From a virus (Duplodnaviria; Caudoviricetes): a stretch of DNA of 43,554 nucleotides. Location: positions 1 to 43,554 of the IMG/VR virus record IMGVR_UViG_3300025018_000037. One strand, given 5' to 3'. The notes beneath the pieces were generated by a model. That model was given only the letters and a program-made list of their open reading frames with translations, was not told the DNA's origin and did no database searches. Position 1 is the first letter of the stretch, and every line of letters begins with the position of its first letter. Below are positions 37,086 through 43,554 of this stretch, in pieces. The translations under genes were made by a program, and so were the position numbers.

Positions 37086-37598
37086 ATGGGACTTAAAAAG
37101 ATAGAGAAAACAAAAGCTTTCAGACTCAAGAAAATGTATCTTGGGAGTCTTAAAATGTGGCTTGAAAAACAAGAACTTATAGGGAAAGACTCTCGAAAGA
37201 GGACTCATTTTTCAAAGCTGTTGATGGCTGGGATTCTTCAGTTGGACAAAGACAGAGAGGAAATTATCTCTCGATATGTCGTAAAGAAAAAGAACAAAGA
37301 TGGTAACGAAGAATGGGAGAAGTTTATTGATGAGGGTGGTAATGAAAAGTGGAAGATTAAAGATGGGCAAGATGAAAACATAACAGCAGAGTTGCAAGAA
37401 CTCTTTAATGAGGATTATGTTCTTGATGTAACAGAGGCAAATAAGGAAATGTTAGCTTCTGTGAAAAACACAGTTCTTGAAACGAATTATAAGTTCGGTC
37501 CGAAGGAAGGAGATAGTCTGCAAAATGCAGAGAATCGACTTAGAGAAGCAAACGAGTATGATTTTTGGTGCGAAGCTTTTGAAGGTTTAGACCTTTAA
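37086..37598 (+). CDS. Hypothetical protein (DUF1617-like)
   Basis: SRKRTHFSK..REEIISRY..K.KDG..ELQELFNE pattern. Weak assignment. Confidence 0.6.
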   Translation: MGLKKIEKTKAFRLKKMYLGSLKMWLEKQELIGKDSRKRTHFSKLLMAGILQLDKDREEIISRYVVKKKNKDGNEEWEKFIDEGGNEKWKIKDGQDENITAELQELFNEDYVLDVTEANKEMLASVKNTVLETNYKFGPKEGDSLQNAENRLREANEYDFWCEAFEGLDL

Positions 37599-37601
37599 TA
37601 C

Positions 37602-37630
37602 TTGCACAGATTTTTTGTAGTGATACAATA
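37602..37630 (+). promoter_or_regulatory. Class II (late) promoter of the capsid operon
   Basis: TTGCAC-16-TACAAT with extended TG; identical 15-mer to 31527-31541. Confidence 0.7.
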
Positions 37631-37649
37631 AAGTTAAATCTTACTTTGA

Positions 37650-37745
37650 CAACTTAAAAACGAACTCTGGTTGGTGGTTGTACTTTGCTTTTTCTTCGGA
37701 GAAATTAGAGTACAACCCTCAACACAAAAGAGGGAGTTTTAGTTG
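37650..37745 (+). other. Structured 5' leader of the scaffold gene
   Basis: GGTTGTACT/AGTACAACC stem capped by a cUUCGg tetraloop, with outer AACTC/GAGTT and CAACT/AGTTG stems. Confidence 0.6.
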
Positions 37746-37810
37746 GTTTGTTCAGGTGGTCGCACACCTAGTAAATAAAATGTTGTTAGCAAACACTAAA
37801 ACCTAAAATT

Positions 37811-38524
37811 ATGACAGAAGAACCAAAAAAAGACCCACAGGGCGGTGGAGAAGGAGCAGGAGAAGGAGCTACTAACCATGACGAGGCTATCCAAAAGCTC
37901 ACAGAGCAAGTAGGTAATCTCACTAAAGGAATCGCAACCTATCGTGATGAGAGTCAGCAAACTAAAGAGGCACTTAAAGTTGCCACTGAAGAATTGGAGG
38001 CTCTTAAAAAACGAAAGGCTGATGCAGACGATGACACAGATTTATCTGATGAAGACCAGAAGAAGTTCGATGCTTGGGCAGCTAAACAGGGATTCTTAAC
38101 AAAAGATGAAATGGAAAGCGAGAAAAGCAAGATTGCTTCTGAATCAGCTAAAAACGTAGCTTCGATTGCAGTAAATGATTTCTTGGAAAAACACCCAGAG
38201 TACGATGATGATGATAAGTGGGCGAAAATACGAGAACAATTTGAACTCTATAAAACCCCAGTAGACCTAGCGGGCTATAAAAAACTTCTCAATCGGATTC
38301 ACAAAGACCTCTCTGGTGAAAAAGATAGTAAGGCGGTTTCAAAAGCAAAAGCAGAGATTATTAACAACAGTAGACTTTCTTTAGGTAATGGTCGTGGAGG
38401 TGCTTCAGCAGGAGATGAGGAAGCAACCGTTGATGCGTACCAGAAACGATATCCTAACTTGTCACGAGAACAAATCGAAGCAAGACTAGGAGAAATAAAG
38501 AATCTCTACCCTGATAAAAAATAA
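37811..38524 (+). CDS. Capsid scaffolding protein
   Basis: Acidic coiled coil, FLEKHPEY motif, upstream of the capsid genes. Confidence 0.7.
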   Translation: MTEEPKKDPQGGGEGAGEGATNHDEAIQKLTEQVGNLTKGIATYRDESQQTKEALKVATEELEALKKRKADADDDTDLSDEDQKKFDAWAAKQGFLTKDEMESEKSKIASESAKNVASIAVNDFLEKHPEYDDDDKWAKIREQFELYKTPVDLAGYKKLLNRIHKDLSGEKDSKAVSKAKAEIINNSRLSLGNGRGGASAGDEEATVDAYQKRYPNLSREQIEARLGEIKNLYPDKK

Positions 38525-38529
38525 AGATT

Positions 38530-38970
38530 ATGTCTTTCACACTTTTCACAGGTTCACCAAACGCACCAAAGCTCGAATATACAGCCGATGCTTCAACTGC
38601 GTTTACAAAGGGTTATCTCGCATACCGAGATACTTCAACAGGTGAAATCAAAGAAGCTACAACAACAACTGGAGATGCCACAAACGTTGAAGGTATTGTT
38701 GCAGAAACTGTAACAACTGGGGCTTCAAACCCTGTAATTGACCTCAATATGATTATTGATGGACAGTTATATGTTGCAGATTGTACAAACAACACCGCAG
38801 CTAACCAGCTTAACAAAGCTCATTTGCTGACAAACGGTGGAGAAGTAAATAACACTTCAAGTCACTCAACTGATATCAACGCTATCTTTATAGCAATCGC
38901 TATCATTGGAGCAGCTTCAGATAAAAAGCTACTTGGACGTATTGTTAAGACTGGACAGGTAACTGCCTAG
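38530..38970 (+). CDS. Capsid decoration/cement protein
   Basis: 146 aa, T/A/G-rich beta protein directly before the major capsid gene. Confidence 0.6.
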   Translation: MSFTLFTGSPNAPKLEYTADASTAFTKGYLAYRDTSTGEIKEATTTTGDATNVEGIVAETVTTGASNPVIDLNMIIDGQLYVADCTNNTAANQLNKAHLLTNGGEVNNTSSHSTDINAIFIAIAIIGAASDKKLLGRIVKTGQVTA

Positions 38971-38999
38971 TAAATTACTAACCTTAAATTAAAATCATT

Positions 39000-39995
39000 A
39001 TGTCTACAAACGTACCATTTGATTTGAACGCAGCAGCGGATTTGACTGACCTTTCGATTCAGGAAATCTGGCTTAAATCGCCAGCCGACTTGAAAACATA
39101 TCACACTGATTTCTACTATGTAGAATCTGTAAGTGACTATATCGTAAAGGATTCATCTCTTACTGCAATCAAATCATTTTCAAAAATTGCTGAAAACGGG
39201 CAGATTCCAGCAGCTTCGCCTTACCAGGGATTTGACAAGACTTATACACAGTCTTTCTTCTCAGGTATGCTCCGAATTACTCGACCTATGTGGCGATATG
39301 GTGTTCAGGCTCGAAAGCTTGAATCACTTGTATCAGAACTCCGAAAGGACGCTATGCGTTTCCGAGAACAAGTTCTTGCAAACCCAGTGAACAACATGAC
39401 TTCAACGTCATACTCTGATACTACTGGTGGTCTATCGTTCGTTGTTACCAACGCTGGTGGAGATGGAGATGCTCCAAACTCTACTTCTCACACACGAGAA
39501 GATGGAGGAACAGACTGGAACAACCAGCTTACAGATGGAACTACTGTAAACATGGACTTCGATTACGATGCTTGGAAAGCAGCTCTAAAGACAGCTCAGG
39601 CTATCAAAGGAGGTGTTGGAGAAGTATTGGATATCAACCTTGACCGACTTCTATGTAAAAGTAATTCAAGTGTACATCACCGAGCAATGGAGGTTCTCAA
39701 CTCTATGAAGAAAGGGGAGAAACCTGGAACTGCAAACAATGATGGAGTAGTGGATAACGCTTTCTCTATCACAGCTAACCCTTATCTGTCCGCAGATTTA
39801 CAGTACGGGTTCGTTGATTCTTCAAAGATTGGTCCTAAGTTTGGTTTCCAGCTCAAGCAGGGTATGGATATCAACCTAGACCCACAGTTTATTGACTACG
39901 ATACAAAGGAGTTCAAATACTCAGCAGGTATGGACTTTGCGTTCGGATTCAATGACCTACGAAACTGGGTGTTCTCAACAGGAGCAAACGTTTAG
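39000..39995 (+). CDS. Major capsid protein (HK97 fold, Mu gpT-like)
   Basis: 331 aa; KIAENGQIP, ITRPM, NPYLS, DYDTKEFKY..GMDFAFGFNDLR motifs and position in the head module. Confidence 0.8.
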   Translation: MSTNVPFDLNAAADLTDLSIQEIWLKSPADLKTYHTDFYYVESVSDYIVKDSSLTAIKSFSKIAENGQIPAASPYQGFDKTYTQSFFSGMLRITRPMWRYGVQARKLESLVSELRKDAMRFREQVLANPVNNMTSTSYSDTTGGLSFVVTNAGGDGDAPNSTSHTREDGGTDWNNQLTDGTTVNMDFDYDAWKAALKTAQAIKGGVGEVLDINLDRLLCKSNSSVHHRAMEVLNSMKKGEKPGTANNDGVVDNAFSITANPYLSADLQYGFVDSSKIGPKFGFQLKQGMDINLDPQFIDYDTKEFKYSAGMDFAFGFNDLRNWVFSTGANV

Positions 39996-40086
39996 TTTTA
40001 ACTAGGTAAAAAGGTTTTGGAGGTTCCTTAAAAACCTCCTCACCACTAACTCTGTCCTTTCTTCGCCAAGGCAGAAAATTAAGAAA

Positions 40087-40404
40087 ATGCGAAAACTTAT
40101 AAACAAACGTTCTTCTACAAAAGCTGAAAGGAGATTCCATGAAATACTCAAAAAAAATCATGTACCCTTCAAACACCGAGTAATCGTTGCAGGAAGGGAG
40201 ATTGATTTCATTGTTGGGAAGTATGCTGTCGAGATTGATGGTCATGACCAAGACAATGCTAAAAACAAAATGCTTGTCGAACATGGTTATACCCCTTGGC
40301 ACATCACTAACAAGGTGTTGCAAGAAACTCCCCAAGAAGTAGAAGACATCTTAAAAAAACTATTATGTCTAAAAACGACCACGCATCAGCGTTTACAATC
40401 GTAA
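40087..40404 (+). CDS. DUF559/Vsr-like endonuclease
   Basis: STKAERRF..ILK, EIDFIVG.YAVEIDGH, L..HGY..WHI.N. Confidence 0.75.
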   Translation: MRKLINKRSSTKAERRFHEILKKNHVPFKHRVIVAGREIDFIVGKYAVEIDGHDQDNAKNKMLVEHGYTPWHITNKVLQETPQEVEDILKKLLCLKTTTHQRLQS

Positions 40405-41048
40405 AAATTGACGGATTCGATGCAGTTGTAGGTACACCAGAAGTTACAGTGTTAGAACAAGATGCTGATAACTTTGTTATCAAAGCTAAAGGAGCAACAG
40501 TTCCAACAGCAGGAGATGCAGGATATGCAAAAGGTTGTTCATTTATTGATACATCTGGTTCTCTAGGGAACACACTTTATATCAACGAAGGTTCAGAAAC
40601 TTCAGCAAACTTCCAGCAAGCAGGTAATGTGAAAACAGCAAAGGTAACACTCACAGCACAAGAAGTTAAAGCTTTGCGTGCAACACCAGCTACTTTGGTT
40701 CCAGCAGGAGGAGCAGACACACTTATTGTAGTGGATTCAGTTGTTCTTAAACTCAACTACGGAGGTTCAAACGGATTTACAGAATCAGCAGATAACTTTG
40801 TTGTTCAGTACGATGACTCAGGAGTTGATATTACTGGAGCTATTGAGAACACAGGGTTTATTGACCAGACAGCAGATACCGCAGCTATTTACTACCCTGC
40901 AAATATCGCAGCTATGGCTACTGCAACAGTCGGAGTAAACGAAGGGGTACAACTATTCAACACAGGAGATGGTGAGATTGGTGGAAACGCAGCTGACGAC
41001 AACACTCTTGATGTTTGGGTTTCATACAAGGTAATTAACGTAGCCTAA
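40365..41048 (+). CDS. Virion structural protein (head fibre/decoration-like)
   Basis: PTAGDAGYAKG..FID...LYINEG; LRATPATLVPAGG. Confidence 0.65.
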   Translation: MSKNDHASAFTIVKIDGFDAVVGTPEVTVLEQDADNFVIKAKGATVPTAGDAGYAKGCSFIDTSGSLGNTLYINEGSETSANFQQAGNVKTAKVTLTAQEVKALRATPATLVPAGGADTLIVVDSVVLKLNYGGSNGFTESADNFVVQYDDSGVDITGAIENTGFIDQTADTAAIYYPANIAAMATATVGVNEGVQLFNTGDGEIGGNAADDNTLDVWVSYKVINVA

Positions 41049-41081
41049 TTAGTTGCACCTTATTAACTAATTATAAACATT

Positions 41082-41495
41082 ATGAGCATGCTACCACTTA
41101 AAGGTTCAGTACAAGCAGTTCGAGCTTCAGCAGTTCTGACAGGAGCTTATGTACCTGCAACCGTAGTATCTGTTGATGAACACAATTTTCTTGGAGTAAA
41201 CTTGTTTTACACTAAAGGAGATGAAACATCTATGCAGATGAAGATTGAAGTATCTACTGATGGTGGGACAACTTACTACCAGCAGACTACCGAAACAAAC
41301 TCAGGAGGTGCGGTTACAGTTGCACTTGCAGAAAGAACTTACTCTGCAACAGGTAAATACTCTACAACGGTATTTCCTATTAAGGTACCAACTTCCGTTT
41401 CGACTGGAAAAGGTATCGTGAGGGTCAGTTTTAAAGCAACAGGCGGTACTCCAACTGGTACTGTCGCAGCAGAAATTGTAACTGGTTGGGCTTAA
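41082..41495 (+). CDS. Virion beta-sandwich protein
   Basis: KIEVSTDGGTTYY motif; T-rich. Confidence 0.65.
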   Translation: MSMLPLKGSVQAVRASAVLTGAYVPATVVSVDEHNFLGVNLFYTKGDETSMQMKIEVSTDGGTTYYQQTTETNSGGAVTVALAERTYSATGKYSTTVFPIKVPTSVSTGKGIVRVSFKATGGTPTGTVAAEIVTGWA

Positions 41496-41502
41496 AAACT
41501 CT

Positions 41503-42219
41503 ATGATAAAAGAACAAGTAACAGAAACTACAAATGCGATAATCACTCTTGACTCGATAAGAAAAGATATTATTGAGGCTTCTAAGCAGTTATCTAGTTT
41601 GTATTCTGAGAAAAAACTTGTTCTCGAAGTCATTGAAAAAAGAGAAAATGAGCTACGCCAGAAAGAAACAGCTATACAAGAAGCTGAAACAATAATGAAA
41701 GATAGAAGTACACAGCTCTCTGACCAAGAAAAAAAGGCACAGGGGGCTGTTGTGCGTTCTAATGAAGAACTTGATGTCTTAAAAAAGCAGAAATCAGATG
41801 CGATGACTGAACTTTCTAGGATAAATGACTGGATTTTCTCCGGGGAAAGGGAGAAAGCTCTCTTAAACATAGAAATTGAAAGCCTACAAAAGATTTCTGT
41901 TACAAAAAAGCAATACATAAAAGATATAGAAGAATACTCAATTAAACGAGATTCTCTTTTGAAAGAAAACGCAGATGCTTTAGCAGAAAAAAGGAATATC
42001 TCAGAAAAATCAGAGCAAAAATTATTAGAAGTACAAAAAAAGGTCGAAGATGCTGTTCAAGAACTTTTGAAAGTAGAAGATTCACTTGAAAGAGCAAAAT
42101 CTGAACTAAATAACGCTGTTACAGAAAAGATGCGGATTCATAAAGACCTGGAAGTCTATATTTCTAGGGTTGAAAAGAAATATAAGAAAGCGTTCCCAGA
42201 ACTAAAAATGAAATTATAA
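41503..42219 (+). CDS. Long coiled-coil protein
   Basis: E/K/L heptad-rich, 238 aa. Confidence 0.75.
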   Translation: MIKEQVTETTNAIITLDSIRKDIIEASKQLSSLYSEKKLVLEVIEKRENELRQKETAIQEAETIMKDRSTQLSDQEKKAQGAVVRSNEELDVLKKQKSDAMTELSRINDWIFSGEREKALLNIEIESLQKISVTKKQYIKDIEEYSIKRDSLLKENADALAEKRNISEKSEQKLLEVQKKVEDAVQELLKVEDSLERAKSELNNAVTEKMRIHKDLEVYISRVEKKYKKAFPELKMKL

Positions 42220-42220
42220 T

Positions 42221-43554
42221 ATGTCATTAACACCATTACCAGTATATAACCCTTTTACCTCCGCAGAGATTGCATTTTTGCAAAACTTTGCAGGACTTTC
42301 CTATGCACAGGGAGATGTACTTTACATTGATTCGGGGGGAGATATAGCAAGGTTGCCAGCAGGGACATCTGGCTATTATTTGAAGACACAGGGAGCTGGT
42401 GCAGACCCAGTTTGGGACGTTTCTTCATCTTCGGTCGCTTGGGGTGCAATTACAGGTACTCTTGCAAACCAAACAGACCTTCAATCAGCTTTAAATGCAA
42501 AACAAGATGCTCTTACTTTGGGTACAGGAGTTGAAACTGCACTTGGAGTAAACGTAGGCACAGCAGGTTCGTTCATAGTAAATGGGGGAGCCTTGGGTAC
42601 ACCATCATCAGGAGTGGCAACAAACTTCACAGGTACAGCTTCTGGGCTTACAGCAGGAACGGTAACAACCAACGCTAACCTCACAGGAGAAGTAACATCA
42701 ACAGGAAACGCAGCAGTCCTAGACGTAACAGCCATCTCAAACAGAACACTCGTAACCGCAGCTTCAGGAGATATGCTTCTAATTGAAGACGCAACTGACG
42801 GAGCATTAAAACGAGTAAATGCTTCTGACTTTATAGGAGGGTCAGGAACACCAGGAGGGTCAGATACTCAGGTTCAATACAACAACTCAGGGTCATTCGG
42901 AGGTATCACAGGAGCAACAACTGACGGTACATATCTTACTCTTACAGCTCCACGATTTGTAGATGGCGGATTCATCGCAGACTCAAACGGAAACGAATTG
43001 ATAGAGTTTGGAGTGACAGCCTCGGCAGTAAACCATATTAAAATAATCAACGGTGCTACAGCAAACTTTCCTCAAATTAATGCAGTAGGAGGAGACACTA
43101 ACGTTGGTATTAACTTCTACGGCAAAGGAACAGGAGCTATATCACACTTTGCTAACTCATCTACAGCACGAATAGGACAAACAACAGGACTATTTGAAAT
43201 TGGGGCAGACGCAGGAAACGCAACTCTCTCATCTATTGGAAACTTTGACCTTATCCTAAAAACAGGAAACGCTACAACAGGAACAATCACAATGACAGAC
43301 GGTGCTAACGGTAACATTGCACTTGCACCAAACGGAACTGGAGCTGTGTCTATTTCAACAACTCTTGAACTAGGACACGCTACAGACACAACAATTTCAC
43401 GAGTATCTGCTGGTGTTATTGCGGTAGAGGGAGTAACAGTACCTACTGTTTCTAGCACAAACACTTTAACCAACAAAACCCTTACGACTCCTACAATAAA
43501 CGGGGCTACTCTCAACGGAGATTTAGCAATAGACGGAACTCCAAACACAGACGA
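42221..43554 (+). CDS. Tail fibre/virion fibre protein, N-terminal part (continues to 509 across the join; missed by the ORF track)
   Basis: Open from MSLTPLP to the window end; fibre motifs WGAITGTLANQTDL, PGGSDTQVQYNNSGSFGG, TLTNKTLTTPTI. Confidence 0.85.
   Translation, partial: MSLTPLPVYNPFTSAEIAFLQNFAGLSYAQGDVLYIDSGGDIARLPAGTSGYYLKTQGAGADPVWDVSSSSVAWGAITGTLANQTDLQSALNAKQDALTLGTGVETALGVNVGTAGSFIVNGGALGTPSSGVATNFTGTASGLTAGTVTTNANLTGEVTSTGNAAVLDVTAISNRTLVTAASGDMLLIEDATDGALKRVNASDFIGGSGTPGGSDTQVQYNNSGSFGGITGATTDGTYLTLTAPRFVDGGFIADSNGNELIEFGVTASAVNHIKIINGATANFPQINAVGGDTNVGINFYGKGTGAISHFANSSTARIGQTTGLFEIGADAGNATLSSIGNFDLILKTGNATTGTITMTDGANGNIALAPNGTGAVSISTTLELGHATDTTISRVSAGVIAVEGVTVPTVSSTNTLTNKTLTTPTINGATLNGDLAIDGTPNTD
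43428..43554 (+). repeat. Terminal direct repeat, right copy
   Basis: Identical to 1-127. Confidence 0.97.

Noticed and set aside
42221-43554. Diversity-generating retroelement acting on the fibre
   Set aside because: No reverse transcriptase, and no template/variable repeat pair differing at adenines. The only long repeat is exact.

Overview
The window is almost certainly one complete, circularly assembled dsDNA phage genome of about 43.4 kb. Bases 1-127 repeat exactly at 43428-43554, and a tail-fibre-like gene runs across the join. Nearly all genes are on the + strand and read in the standard code. The late/structural arm (31575 around the join to 9947) carries TerL, a P22-type portal, scaffold, capsid decoration, major capsid, fibre, nozzle and adaptor-like proteins, two probable ejection proteins, two holin-like proteins and an M23 endolysin. 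No tape measure or sheath is recognisable, so the virion is probably podovirus-like. The early/middle arm (10576-31448) carries a PD-(D/E)XK exonuclease, a gp32-like SSB, a MoxR/CobS AAA+ with a vWA partner, HNH and DUF1064 nucleases, HU, GroES, GroEL, a 3D-domain protein and a HAD protein. It also has a ParB-like / TET-JBP dioxygenase / glycosyltransferase DNA-hypermodification operon with no methyltransferase. I recognise no polymerase, primase, helicase, integrase, RNA polymerase or sigma factor. SD-less starts combined with sigma70-type promoters suggest a Patescibacteria (CPR)-type host (inference). The most notable signals are: (1) seven copies of a composite promoter, CTATCC(A/C)CA DnaA-box-like site + TTGCAA-17-CATAAT, most with a palindromic CCTTATATAAGG-type operator in the spacer; (2) the methyltransferase-less, base-J-like TET/GT module; (3) a possible Com/mom-like RNA switch in front of the terminase; (4) structured RNAs in the 9948-10575 control region; (5) apparent absence of GATC. 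All family assignments are from motif recognition by eye, not from database searches.
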